Shown: one piece after another, positions 1-13,144 of the stretch
Layout of the letters: every line of letters begins with the position of its first letter
Position numbering within the stretch: the stretch's first letter is position 1
From: Parasitella parasitica NRRL 2501
Lineage: Eukaryota; Fungi; Mucoromycota
Assembly: GCA_025201805.1 (NCBI GenBank)
Contig: MU619367.1
Span: forward strand, 5,126 to 69,125
Reading direction: 5' to 3'
Length of the DNA: 64,000 nucleotides
Notes under the pieces: model-generated
The model's input: the letters and a program-made list of their open reading frames with translations, nothing else
The model's database searches: none
Told to the model about the DNA's origin: nothing
Translations under genes and position numbers: made by a program

Positions 1-519
1 TAGTTATAAACTTTTTTATTGTAATAGATTCTCTTAGTATAGCAACCTATGATCATATCGATTAATGCATTAGATACTATTAATAAAAATTCAATCTTAA
101 ACTGAGCTAAATGAGCATTGACTTATTTTTTACAAAAGTCAATTAATTTTGTAGTGCTAACTCATTATTCACACGTGATCAAAATATGAGCCAATAGAAA
201 CTTTGTTCCTGAATCTGATGTTGAAAACTATGAACGTCTCATCTTGGATACAAATATATTGAGATTATGCTGTATATTGGAAGTAAGTTGAACTTTCTTA
301 CGTTTAAAGTTTGTCCTATATACTTAATTGCTATCCTATCGCTGAGATACCATACAAGTTAATACAAAGTAGTGATGAACAACGACAAATTAACGCATTG
401 ACTCTCGGATCAATGCTTTATTCATGAAAACTGATATACAATATAATTCAAATCCCATAAATTCCAAGATTTTTTCCTCTAGTAGATAAAACCTTAGGAT
501 ACTTTTAAGAAGCCCAAAC

Positions 520-1541
520 TTATATGGATTCACTAAAAGAAATTCATATAAAAAACAATAAATGTCAACTTGATAAAGATATAATACATTTCATTTGTTA
601 TATCAAAAGTCTAATAAAATAAATCTGCCAAAGAACTACACTTTTATTTATAATACATCTCTCGATGTACTATATACACATTCACTACACTAGGGCTCTA
701 CTGTCTAACTGCATAATGTAAATCATGGCTACCTATGATTTACTTTAAGACCCTGGGACTGATCTGAGAGACCTTGCCACGTTAATGATATAACATTCTT
801 ATCTAATCGACAGGTGAAGCTCCAGTTCATCCACTGGCCAGGTAGATGAACTTGTATATACTTAAGCTATAGATAAATGTTTTACTCTCGCAATTTAACG
901 GACTAATTAGCATCTTAACTTTGTGCTAACCGACATCTCAGCAGACTAAAGTTAACTTAAATCTATCTGAGTGAGTAGATTGATTTTACCCGAGGTACAC
1001 TGATCAATTTTCTATACGAAGATTATTAATATCGACCCATAAGCGTATATCATTTCTAGTATAGTCTTATCCAGTCTATATTAATTGTACATGTCTGAGT
1101 GTATATCACTTGGTATTCATCTTAGCATATATCGGTATATGTAGCATGTCTATAACATATTATGAGCATATCTATAGCATCGCACATATTGTACAAGTAT
1201 GTGTACATAATGTATCTGTAGCTAGTGTCATGGATGTAAGTATATATGTCTTGTAGTGCGTATCTAGAAACTAGGAATACGCATCTGAAGCATAGATCTT
1301 ATATGGCATAAACTTGTAGCACATATTAAATCTAGCAAATGTCTAAGGCTCGTGTCGAGATATAGGTATAAGTCTATAGCGTCATCCATCCTAATGGTGC
1401 CATCTCTAGCCTATGTCTTATATAGTATAAATCTGTATTGTACATGTTATTAACCGTGCACATATGTAGTCTATATCAATTTAAGGTAACTGAATAAATC
1501 TAGAAGTGGAGTGCAGATTATCATAGTGAATGTATTTCACA
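520..1541 (+). mobile_element. Dispersed LTR-like repeat, copy 1 (5' end not resolved)
   Basis: Aligns by eye over ~800 bp with 24511-26005 (direct) and 59571-60304 (inverted); ends ...gtgaatgtatttcaca like copy 2. Confidence 0.8.
596..795 (-). mobile_element. 200-bp solo-LTR-like insertion nested in repeat copy 1
   Basis: Perfect 10-bp terminal inverted repeat TGTTATATCA (596-605)/TGATATAACA (786-795); absent from copies 2 and 3; degenerate 5-bp TSD tcatt/ttctt (empty-site ttatt); TATA-like then AATAAA on minus strand. Confidence 0.65.
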
Positions 1542-1661
1542 TAAATATCAGGTATTGGCTCATTAGGAAACAAAATAAAAATATAGTTGCTTGCTTCAAT
1601 GTAAGCAACAAACACTATTTGTGGTGTACTTGCAGCAACATTTTTATTGATAAATCTATTA

Positions 1662-3044
1662 CTATTCAATTTGTTCAAAACTCTTTGCTGCCGCTTCTTC
1701 TTGTTTGTCCAATTTCCGCTTTTTACGAACTTCAAATTTCCTCTTTTTCAGCTCATCCGTATCACAGCGAGGCATTTCCAAAACTGGTTTATACTTGTTT
1801 ATTCTCATTTCCTTTCCACCACCCAAGACAATGGTAGCTACGCCAGCAGAAGTGATAGCAGATTTTTCCTCAGAAAACTTTGCTACAGTCTTTAGAGTTT
1901 TATCAAGCATGACAACAGGAAAATTTGCAACTTTGGAGAGATAATTTTGGCAGGTCAAGGCACGAATCATTTGGGCTGTCCATTCTTGGTTGTAGTGCAA
2001 GTAAGTCCTGTAAGATGACGGGAAAGGATCGTATACGGAATCACAGAACGAATATGTCCATTCAAGGCCCTTGAATTCACAATCGTACAATACCAAGGGT
2101 AAATCACTGGCCATAGGGAAATTGGGCTTGGAAGGAACCTTCTCAATATCAAGCAGATCGCGCACAATCTCTGGAGCTTCCAAACCTTGACCCACCAAAA
2201 AGAGTACAGACATCATAAATCGTACTTGATGCCATAAAAATGCCGTGCCTTTTAGTTCTACTTCGTAAAATTCTGTGCCTTCACCAACGCCTAATGTCTG
2301 CGTATATTGCACTGGATTGATCTTCATGGACATGATGATGCGCTCGTAGCTCAATACATTTTTGGATGGATCCAGTTTACAGAAATTTCGAAAGTCGTTA
2401 GGTCCTTCAAAATAAGTGCATGCCTTTCTCATATTATCAATATTCATCTTGTTACGAGGAAAAAAGTATTTGTAGGTACGTCCAGTGCAATTAAAGCGAG
2501 CATTGAAATCGTCATTCACAGGCGCCCACGATAACACTCGAACATCAGAAGGCAGCAAGCGATTCAATATATCAATATAAGGATATTCCTTGTCTGCAGA
2601 TAATAATCCAGGCGAAGGGTCAGACTGTAGCTTTTTTGATCGCACATTAAGTGCAATAACTTGTCCTAAACCGCTGACACCTTTGTCTGTACGTCCACAT
2701 CGACTATAATCGCTCTGTTCAATGTCTTCGACTAATTTACAGCTGATCAGTGCTTTGAAAAGCATATCTTCAATCGTCGGAAGTGTTTCAGGTTCATTTT
2801 GACTAGCATATCCACAATAGTTCCACCCAATATAAGCAACTTGTAATGCAATTTTGCGCTTGGTATACTTCGACATATCAAAAGGTCGATCATTTTTTTC
2901 ACGCTGGTACCTTTTCTTGTGTTTCAACTCGGATGAATCTGAATCATTCTGTGAGCTTGATGTTTTGTTAATTTGTGCTTCAAGTGTTTCAATGTACTCT
3001 AATAGCTGTTCTCTAGTAAGATTACTGTATTTTGCGCTGGACAT
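1662..3044 (-). CDS. PUS3: tRNA pseudouridine(38/39) synthase, TruA family
   Basis: Single 460-aa ORF; YSRCGRTDKGVS catalytic Asp motif, FNARFNC, AFLWHQVR, LPLVLYDC. Confidence 0.93.
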   Translation of the reverse strand: MSSAKYSNLTREQLLEYIETLEAQINKTSSSQNDSDSSELKHKKRYQREKNDRPFDMSKYTKRKIALQVAYIGWNYCGYASQNEPETLPTIEDMLFKALISCKLVEDIEQSDYSRCGRTDKGVSGLGQVIALNVRSKKLQSDPSPGLLSADKEYPYIDILNRLLPSDVRVLSWAPVNDDFNARFNCTGRTYKYFFPRNKMNIDNMRKACTYFEGPNDFRNFCKLDPSKNVLSYERIIMSMKINPVQYTQTLGVGEGTEFYEVELKGTAFLWHQVRFMMSVLFLVGQGLEAPEIVRDLLDIEKVPSKPNFPMASDLPLVLYDCEFKGLEWTYSFCDSVYDPFPSSYRTYLHYNQEWTAQMIRALTCQNYLSKVANFPVVMLDKTLKTVAKFSEEKSAITSAGVATIVLGGGKEMRINKYKPVLEMPRCDTDELKKRKFEVRKKRKLDKQEEAAAKSFEQIE

Positions 3045-3184
3045 GGTTGGCTAATTGATGTGATGATAAAGATGGCTATCAAAAAAAGTAAATTTATTTC
3101 ATCATGATACTTGACAAGCCACTCGAAGCCACTGTGATATTCCATAAAGCACAATTCATTTTCTACAGTTTTCCAGCTCATAGA

Positions 3185-5025
3185 ATGGCTACTTTTGAGG
3201 ACACAGGCAAAGCTTTCTGGAAATGGCTTCAGGATAATGGTGCAACCCTTTGTAAAAATATTGCAATCAAAGATTTTCGCTCTGAAGGCGCAGGTCGAGG
3301 AGTCATTGCTACTAAGGATATCAAGGTTTTTATAACTTCGATATATTGAATTAACAGTTAGATTATTGACATGATCATTGATAGGAAGGAGAACTTTTAT
3401 TTTCCCTTCCAAGATCTATTCTGCTATCGCCATCAACCAGTTCTATAAGCAAAATTGCTGGATTAGACAAGGCGTTGGCAGATATAAACGGTTGGACACC
3501 ACTAATAATTACAATGATGTACGAAAGCCAAAGAGACAACTCAATTTGGAAGCCATACTTTGGTAAATACTACAGAAAATACCAATCAAGACTTATTAAT
3601 CCAGAAAATAGATATACTGCCTCGACAATTTTCAACTCCCATGTTTTGGGAAGAAGCTGATCTAAAAGAATTGGAAGGATCTGACATTTTAGGTAAGTCA
3701 GGCCTGGTGTATATCTCTAGATAAGTTCTAAATAACAATGCAAAAAGCCAAAATTGGTAAATCTGAGGCTGAAGAAACATTCAATAATGATGTCAAACCC
3801 ATTATCGAGGTAAGGTTTGTATTGTGACCCTACTTTAACTGTTCTAAGCCAAGAATAGAGCTACCCCCACATCTTTAACAGTGAAGTTCACAATCTTGAG
3901 TTATTCCACATTTGTGGCTCATTGATTATGGCTTACAGTTTCAATGACGAACTCCAAAACACTGACAAAAACACAAGCGCTAATGAGGAAAGCGATGAAC
4001 ATGAAGAAGAGGACGAGGATGAACATGAAGAAGAGAACGAGGGTCAAAATGTCATTGTTATGGTTCCAATGGCAGACATGTTGAACCATAAAACTGGATT
4101 CAATAATGCTCGTCTATTTCACGAACCAGATAGTTTACAAATGCGAGCCATCAAAGACATCAAACAAGGCGAACAAATTTACAATACTTATGGTGATCTG
4201 TGCAATGCTGATTTATTGCGTAAATACGGCTTTACAGACGATAAAAATGTATTTGATTTGGTCGAATTGGATGGGCCATTGATTGTAGAGCATTGCAATC
4301 CAGGGAAAAACCAAGACGAGGAGACCATCGAAAAAAAGGTTTGCTTTTTCTTGTTGCTTACATAATTTTTACTGATTCGCTACTATTATTTTCTATCTAT
4401 TTTTTCCATCAAAATCGAATAGATCGATTTCTTGATGGAAGCCGGAGTATTGGATGAGTAAAATGCGACGGATGGATACTGCATTGGGCCATGTATTAAT
4501 TCATATTATTTTATTAGATGCTTTGTCATTGATACAGAGCATGAGATTCCATTAGAACTCATCGTTTCTGGTAAGACATTTTCGTTTATTGAATCAAATG
4601 TCCTAGTTTTAACACCAAAAAGTTCATGTTTTATGCTCAACACCGAGTGAGTTTCAAAAAATGGAAGAGAAGCAGAAGCTACCAAAGTCTAGACTGACTC
4701 AAGACGTCCAGCAAATTATTCTGAAAATTTTGAATAGCAGATTATCAAGATACTCAACCACTTTAGAGGTAATTTACAAACAGATTTTAAAATGTCTCAA
4801 CACACAAATAATGTAGAATATTAGGATGATGAGAAAGAACTGAACGATTTGGGTGATAGCGTTACTTGCAACAAGAAAAATGCTTTGTTGGTACGTATTG
4901 GAGAAAAAAAGATTATTAAAGCGACGATCGAAAGTCTCTTGGCAGCGGCCGTTGTTCAACAAGATAAACGACCTTCCAGTGCTAAAAACGATCAAGACAA
5001 AAGCAAGAGACAAAAAAAACATTAA
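3185..5025 (+). CDS. SET-domain lysine methyltransferase, SETD6/Rkm4-like (multi-exon)
   Basis: Exons give GAGRGVIAT, MVPMADMLNH, GEQIYNTYG..NADLLRKYGF and a Rubisco-LSMT-type C-terminus; final exon ends KKH-TAA at 5025. Confidence 0.85.
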
Positions 5026-5484
5026 TAGAAAATTCTATGCTTTCAATCAACATTTAAAATTAGCCGCATCTTTTTTCTTGAAGCAAATACGTAATATATA
5101 CTTTGAAGGAAAATCTGACATGGGGATTGCTATAAATATGATCTTCCCATTTTTACATTTTTTAAAGTTTCAAGTCCTGAAAAAGATTTTTTTAAAGCTG
5201 AATCCTGTTAATATCACCTAGTTGTTTATTTTTTTTAGCCATCATTTTTCTGCTAATTTGTATAAGTTTGTGCACAGATTGCATTAAGAGCATACGAATG
5301 AACGACATAACGATTAAATTTTAACAGCAATCCTCCTATCTGGTCTCATATTCCAAAAGAGAAAATTTGTCTATATATGGATAATTAAATAAAAATTTAG
5401 CTATTTTTGCACAAAATATAAAAAGAGCAATTTTTCCTTTCCCCCCTCTTTTTCTTTTTCAATTCTCTGAACCATCCTTTAACA

Positions 5485-6223
5485 ATGACTTCTGTTTCAT
5501 CCCTTCTAATTTCCGATGTCCAGCATATTCTCTCCAACAACTTTTCTTTATCACCATCACTTTGGGTGCGACACAACAGTTTTGACAATCTCATCGCCTA
5601 TACCGCATTCAGCGTAAAAACCTTGTTAGAGTGCTCTAAAGAACGGATACATTATCAACAGCGCCTTTTACCCACGTTACACATATTTGTCAGGCATATC
5701 TTTTACCAATGTAAATTAACACCTACAATACTGGTGATTGCTCTTATATACCTTGGCAGGTTGAAAAGTGGATTGCCTCACAAATCAAAAGGGGGTGGGT
5801 TGATTTCCTTAAATCAAAGATAATTGCATGCTAACAAAGATTAGAGTTTGATACACCCTATAAAATGTTCATTGCAGCTGTGATCTTGGCCTCCAAGTTT
5901 GTTGAGGATATGGACCTTAAAGCCCATTCGATCTATAAACTTGTTGCTCCTCTTTATAATGCAAGAGACATAAATGAGATGGAAAGAAGCTTTTTAGGTA
6001 AGTCAATTATTATGCTTTTTTTTTCTATTTATTATAACTTAATCAATATTCATGTAAATTTGTTCACGCAAACAGGAGTTGTAAAGGTAAATGTTTTACT
6101 CGAGTATTTAGAATATTCAACTGACCGTTTCAATAGTATAACCTATTCGTTAATCTTGCCGAAGTGTATCAATTCGTGCAAGATCACAAAGACACACTTG
6201 AATTAGAGCTTGGTGTTAATTAA
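5485..6223 (+). CDS. Pcl/Pho80-type cyclin-fold protein (multi-exon)
   Basis: LPTLHIFVRHIF..LTPTILVIALIYLGRL, MFIAAVILASKFVED, INEMERSFL, YNLFV: cyclin N-domain signature. Confidence 0.8.
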
Positions 6224-6845
6224 ATCACATATCAAATACCCCTTCTTTTCTCTCCTTCTTTTTTGTAAATATATATCGCAACTAATATATAAAGAATAAT
6301 CTTGATACCGTACAGACCATTTTTCCTGGCATTTATTTTCAGAAATATAATACGATTTTGATGAAAATTTATTATATATATTCTCTCTTCCTTCAGCCAT
6401 TCTCTTACAAAAAATAACAATATAATACTTGTGTTATTTTTAAACGATTTGCTTAAATAACTAGCTATTATTGCACACCGAGATCTACTTCTTGTGGCAA
6501 AATGAACGTCATGCATCTGTCATTTATATGGTACTGTATTTTGAAAACATACCCAGTTCATACTCGGCTCTAAAATATCCGAATCATTATGTCAATAAGA
6601 AGAATAGGCATAAAATTGCCAAGAACATATTTAAAATATAACACTTGAAGCTGAGGTTTTACAGATTTAACTACGCCAACCCTTCAACAATAGTCTTTTT
6701 TTAATGTCAATGTAATCTATGTGCATTCAAATTTATGCTCTTATAAAATCTACATTCAAAAACTCGTGGTGCCTGTTTAATATAAAGATTGATACCACGG
6801 CATTCATTGAGTAAAACGTGATGGGTTGCCATTACTACAAAATTT

Positions 6846-6858
6846 GTTGCTAGGCAAC
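6846..6858. promoter_or_regulatory. RFX X-box-like site upstream of SRP9
   Basis: GTTGCTAGGCAAC (rc GTTGCCTAGCAAC) matches the RFX consensus, ~180 bp upstream of the ATG. Confidence 0.4.
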
Positions 6859-7039
6859 GTTTGAGCTGTCAAACTCATATACAATCAAGGTACATGACAA
6901 TCAAGGTTCATGATATAAAGGAAACCTGATCCCTAATTGGTCATCGTCTCGAAGCAGATGGAAGGAAAAAAAAAATCGTCACCTAAATCTATACAACAAT
7001 TTTTATTAATCCTCATCCTTTCTCTACTGATAACATCAG

Positions 7040-7563
7040 ATGTATATCTCCAACTGGGACGAATTTCAAAAAGCAACTGAAGATTTATATCTTACATCTC
7101 CCGAGCAGGTTAGGAACCTAACAATGAGCGTGTTAGTTTTAGACCTAAATAGCAATCTATAGACTCGATACGTTCATACTTTTCACCGTTCTGATGGTGA
7201 CCTTGTCTTGAAAGTTACAGATGATAGAACTGTATGTACAACGTATGCATCCAATTATTATACTAGTAATAACACACTTTTCATAGAATATCAAATATAA
7301 GACAAATCAAATGACAGATTTAAAGAAATTTATCAGTTTGAATAGTTTATTAATGCTAAAAATGATGAACAAGGAAAAGAGTGGTAGGTTTTTGATTTTG
7401 GGCATGCTGTAGAGAATTTGTATGTTGATTGAATTTAGATGAAGATACAGTGATACCCGATGCTGCCCCATTAGTGGTAGCAAAGAATGCTGTACCTGAA
7501 GTCAAGACAGCTTCTCCCAAACAAACATTAAAAGGAAAGAAAGGGGGAAAGAAGAGAAGATAG
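7040..7563 (+). CDS. SRP9: Signal recognition particle subunit SRP9/SRP21 (4 short exons, not in ORF track)
   Basis: Spliced: MYISNWDEFQKATEDLYLTSPEQ-TRYVHTFHRSDGDLVLKVTDDRT-NIKYKTNQMTDLKKF... with basic tail KGKKGGKKRR. Confidence 0.88.
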
Positions 7564-7682
7564 AATGCAATATTTTTTTAATAAAAACACGTCATGGTAA
7601 CAATGCTTCGAAATGTGTATATACTTAATTCAAAAAAAGATCCACGATAAAAATAAGTGTGCTAGCATATACACAAAGTAAT

Positions 7683-8073
7683 TTATTGTTGGTAAGAGAA
7701 GACGTTCTTCAAGTCTGGAAAATAAAAATAAATATACAATCAGTACACTTGTAATTTTCAATGCTTACAAAATACTTACAGCCATCTTGCTGAGAGAGAC
7801 GGTTAAGCGCATCATCAGATTCAGCCTCCTTGCGAAGGAAGCCACAGAAGGCATAAGTGCCGAAACTGTTGGTAGCACGACCTTCGGCATCAACATCAGC
7901 AACATTGATTTGAACAGAAGCGTGATCCTTGGCAGTGATGAGACGGTTGGTGGCAGAACTATGATAATAAAATGTCAATTTTTTACGTTGCTTTTATCTC
8001 GCATCAATTGTTTTAGAATTTACCACTTGCGAGGAATGTAAAGATCGATAACGGCGCCTTCAGAGTTCTCCAT
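7683..8073 (-). CDS. RPS21: 40S ribosomal protein eS21 (3 exons)
   Basis: [37 protein letters not shown]...[21 protein letters not shown]. Confidence 0.96.
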
Positions 8074-8871
8074 TTCGGTTTATGTGATAAAAAAGAGAAA
8101 GAAACTGCTCACAGAGCAGCTAACACATTGAGATATAGGCGAAAACAATTTTTTTTTCGAGTTCATCCAAGCCACTAGACAAAGGCTCTATCAAATATCA
8201 ATGCAATGCACTCGTTTTCATTGATTTAAGCGTCGTTATTCATACAAATCTTTACAGACTATCATTCGATTTGTATATAACCGAAAACATAGATAATTAA
8301 CAACATGATGACAATAATGAATACTTATGATAATGTGCTTGGCTATCTTGAAATTTTTGCAAACATATTTAAAACAATGTTATGGAGGCTTTCCAACAAA
8401 CCATTTTTCCAAAATATGTTCAAGTTACATTGAATAAAAACTTCTTCCATCACTCGATACTAAATGAGATAAATACAGGCCGTATTTATTATTGTGCGAC
8501 TGAGCAAATTTAAAAAGTACCATGGATCATGTGAATTTGATGATGATTATTGCCACTCTTTGCTGAAGCAACGCAGATTACATCGAGCCATTATTATATG
8601 TCCAATAAACCATGGAAAGTTGTATTTGAGGCTTTTTGATGGCATTCACTATGAGAAATATGAAATTATGAATATAAAAGTATGAATACACCCATTCACA
8701 CATTCTCCATTCGATACAGCTAGATCCATATCTGAATTTCAAGTGAAAAATGCATTATTCATGGCTTATAATGGTGGGAAATTCAATTACACATGAAAAA
8801 TCCAGCCTCCAAGCTTGGTTGTGCTTGTACAATATTTTCATTCTTCTCCTTTTCCATAATCAATCGCAATT

Positions 8872-11098
8872 ATGTCTGTACAAAAGCCTTTCCCCACAGC
8901 TAATTCAGATAGTGGATTCCGACAAGTAAACCGGCTTATATTTAGCACTGTCATTTATGATTATCAACAATACTTGCTATAGGAACCACCCCAATTAAAA
9001 AATCAGTATTTAGATGACATCGTGTTGAAGAATATCTTGAGAAGATTATTGCCTTCTTCTGTATTAAATGATATCGAACCTGATCTCTCACAATTCGGCG
9101 AAAGAGTTATTACAGGTATGCAATTCGATCCAGTACTTTTCAGGCATTAATTACCGAAAAATACAAATAGACATTGCTGCTATGGGGGAGGACGTTGAAA
9201 CACCCAGTAACTATCCTCAGCTCAAGCAATACGATGCTTGGTGTAGAAGAGTCGATGAAATTTCTACAGCTCAAGGCTGGAAAGATCTAAACGATGTTGC
9301 AGCGAAAGAGGGGTAACAAACACACTTTTGTGTTCCTGATAGCCCGAAAATAATGCCAAATTTAGTTTGATCGCAATTGCCTACGAGCGCAAATACAATG
9401 AACATTCAAGAATCTACCAATTTGCAAAACAGTATCTTTACGCCCCTTCATCCGCCATGTATTCATGTCCTCTTTCCATGACTGGTAGGGTATAGCTTGA
9501 TTGCTAGGAAAATGTCCAAGCTGACATGTAAGCATAGATGGTGCAGCACGAGTGATTGAGCTCCTTGGTACCCAAGAAATGAAGGATAGTTACTACTATC
9601 GCTTAATCAGGTTGGTTATCAACTAGGCCCAGGTATACGATAAAATTTTCTCATTTTACATACTCTCATAGTCGTGATCCCGCTAAATTTTGGACCAGCG
9701 GACAGTGGATGACAGAACGCCCTGGTGGTAGTGATATTGGTCGGTCCGAAACTCAGGCAGAGCTGCTCGATGAAAAGTCAAACACTTGGTCAGTTTCAGG
9801 CTTTAAATGGTTTTCCAGTGCTACAACTGCTAATCTAACAATGCTCTTGGCTCGCACTATCGACCCCAAGGAAGGAACAGTAAAAAATGTACAGTCAACA
9901 TGTAATTCTTTCATACAAACATTAATGTCTGATATTCAACTCATGTAGGGAAGCAAAGGCTTATCCTTATACGTTGCTGAAATGAAACAACCTGACGGCC
10001 AACTCAATGGCGTCAGAGTTCATCGCCTCAAGAACAAATATGGCACAAAAGGCTTGCCTACTGCCGAACTTGAACTTTCTGGCATGAAGGCCAATTTGGT
10101 AAGTGTAATGCAAACCAAGCAAAAACCATCCAATATCTGAATACGTTAGCTTGGAAGCCCTGGTCGTGGCGTTCCAAACATTGCATCTATCCTAAACATT
10201 ACTCGCATCTATGCTTGCTTGGGTGTTGTGTGTGCCCTTCGTCGCAGTCTCGCTATCGCCAAGGATTTTGCACCTAAACGCTTTGCATTCAACAATTCCT
10301 TGGATAAAACGCCTCTCCATATTACGACACTGGCTCAGCTTGAACTCGTATTCCGCGCAGGTGCCCAGATCACATTCTATGCTTGCCAGTTGCTTGGTCG
10401 TACTGAATGTATCCAAGAAAGTAAGGAGGATGCTGCCATTCTTCGTTTCTTGACTCCTATAGCCAAAGCCTATGTTTGTAAAATAGGCGTCAATGCTTGC
10501 AGTGAAGCTATGGAAGCTTTAGGCGGACAAGGTTACATGGAAGAAATTGGTATCGGTCGTCAACTTCGTGATGCTCAAGTTAACACTATTTGGGAGGGCA
10601 CTACTAATGTGTTGGCTATGGATGTCATTCGTGTCATCCGTGAAACCAAAGGGCAATGTCTTGTAACATTTGAAAAGGTACATTGAACAAATAGTGCCAC
10701 GAAAATTTTATGATAACAATTCCATACTTTAGATGATTAGAGAAAAGGTCAATCATTCCGTAAATGCTTTAAGCTATTTATCAGCTGCAGGAAAATCAGT
10801 TGATTTGGCTTTAGATAACATTAGGCGATTCTTTACTGAATCAATGCAAAACAAGCTTGAGGTAGAAGCTAATGCTCGTCAATTCACATTTGCTCTAGGC
10901 AGAACCCTCGCTGGAGCCTTGCTTTTGGAGCAAGCTGCTTTTGGCATTACTCACAATCTTGAAGGTGCCGAAGAGGACATTATCGTTGCTACTAAATGGT
11001 GTGATGCCCGCGAATTCACTCAAACTCTCATCCCTACTAATGCACACAGAATTCTTGAAGAAGCTAAAATTGTTTTTGGTGCTAGCGCAAAGATCTAG
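8872..11098 (+). CDS. Acyl-CoA dehydrogenase, AidB-like (multi-exon)
   Basis: SGQWMTERPGGSD, GFKWFSSA, RLKNKYGTKGLPTAELEL, EAMEALGGQGYMEE, RDAQVNTIWEGTTNV. Confidence 0.9.
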
Positions 11099-11169
11099 AA
11101 ATTAAAAGCCAAAAGCGACCCGACTTTACTGGTTATGGGCTGCTTATAAAATCTATCATGTTCATATTT

Positions 11170-11400
11170 TTGTTTATTATTAGATAATACTTTGTTGTGA
11201 ATATAATGGCCAACATTATCTTCCAGCAAAGAAATTTCATTGGGAATCATAATCTTAACAGATGAAGGAATAGCCACCCTTGAAAGGGCAACGTACTGTT
11301 GTCCGTGACATGAAATGTAAGATACAATCTAAACAGGAGTTAATGTTTGGTCTTGAGCATTAATGATGGTCATTGAAAGGGCCAATCGATAAGGAAAATG
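11170..11400 (-). mobile_element. Degenerate Helitron RepHel PIF1-helicase C-terminal fragment
   Basis: Minus strand reads FPYRLALSMTIINAQDQTL (cf. FPVRLAFAMTINKSQGQTL) then, across a stop/frameshift, HGQQYVALSRV (cf. HGQLYVALSRV); the decayed sequence probably extends toward ~12300. Confidence 0.75.
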
Positions 11401-12944
11401 ACTTTATCTCATACATCATGTTTTGAAGAATAGACATTATGGCCACAACCCGCATTAGAGTTCTCAGCAACGTTTAAACGACTAATCAACTCATTTTCCG
11501 AATCAAAAATGTAAATCATTACCCTGGTAAATTGAGTTAACCACGTGTATGACTCTCTCTTCCGCATGATGAAGAGCAAACAACTGGGATTTGGAGTTCA
11601 TTCCCCAGCAACGATAAATCACAACATTAGAAAATTGGCCGTATCCTTGCCGTACAGCCTCTTTGTAATCAACATTGATGTCAAGGTCGACAACACCTTT
11701 TAAAGATCATAGCATTCACTTCGACTACAGATACTGTTACAAAGCCGCAAGACAGATGCCCTGAATCTCATCAAAAACTTCCATTCAGGAACCGGTTCCT
11801 CTTTTTATTTTGCTTCGCTATGACTCAACCGCTCAATCTAGCAGACAGTCTTGGTAAGTCATTCATTCTAAATACCAACTTATAAATTTGTTAACTCTAT
11901 GAAGAAAAATCACTCCGAAATATGATACCAAACGCACAACTGGAGGATGATATAGAGGTTGTTTAGACAAGTTTGAAGATTTGGAGGCAGCCATCGGCGA
12001 ACCAATGGGCAGCATAAGCCAAAAAAGAAAGAACCAGAAGAGGACAATTAGTGGAAATATGCCGATTGTTGCATGGTAAAGGTTTAGAATTTGGTGCAAC
12101 TGAGGATAAAGGAAGTTATGATAACTCTTCGGATCACTTGAGGCCTTCGTGATGTACTGCAGGTGCGAGAGGAACCTGGCAGCCTCGTTAGCGTGTGGCT
12201 CCCATTGTGGTTTAGCAGACTTCGTGTTTTAATTATATTATACAACCGACTGTACATTCAATGATCATCAGCAGCTTTCCCCAAACTCATTTCCATTCTC
12301 CATGCCTTGCTTTACCATCTAATATTATGAGATTTTTAAGACTTTGAATAAAAAAAAGGTGTACAAGTTTCTAATTATGTTTGCATTGGAATTAGTGGGC
12401 GCTTTTAAATCTGCCATTTTCCATATTTCAATTTAGACAAACTTGTGAGCTGGTTTGTGCAATTGCTTCACGGTAAAATTTGTTTAATTGCGTATAAAGA
12501 CTGGTTGAGATCACAGGTATTTGCTTGTTCTGTTGCAAGTAAGCTCTGTTTATCCTACTAAATACATCCAATAACTAGATGATGAATATATTCTTCCGCA
12601 GAAACCCAAAAGTAGTTTTAAATGGATCAAGGCTGATTCTATTATTCCTTTTCATTATACTACACATATCAATGGCATGTGCAGCCTTACAAATCAATCA
12701 GACCACATTGCGCCATTCTTGTATCAGGTCACCTATTTTTCTCTAAATATTTGGGATTAGCTTTCGAATTGCTTGGAAATGATGCACAAGAATACTTGAT
12801 ATGTGCCACAATCACCATACAAACTAACCAGAGGCTCCCTCATAGCCACCCAAAGACTCTTGTCAATCCATACAGATCAACAACAACTAACGGAACTTTA
12901 AACCACCTTGCGTCATAGTAGGGACACCACTGTTCCCTCAAATA

Positions 12945-12976
<32 letters not shown>

Positions 12977-13144
12977 CCCATATTCCTTCTCTCTCTCTCC
13001 CTCTTTTTGCAAACAAGTTAATTAGTCGATAGCGCCATCGTTAAAGTAAACTGGGCTATGGAAACCTTAAACAATCACTGTTAAGCCATCTAATAACCAA
13101 CTCTACATTTTTTCCTCTTGTAAATAAGAAATTATACTTTCTGA

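Noticed and set aside
1-173. Possible 3' end of another LTR (AATAAA ... ttattcaca)
   Set aside because: 5' end lies outside the window; no TSD or second copy to support it
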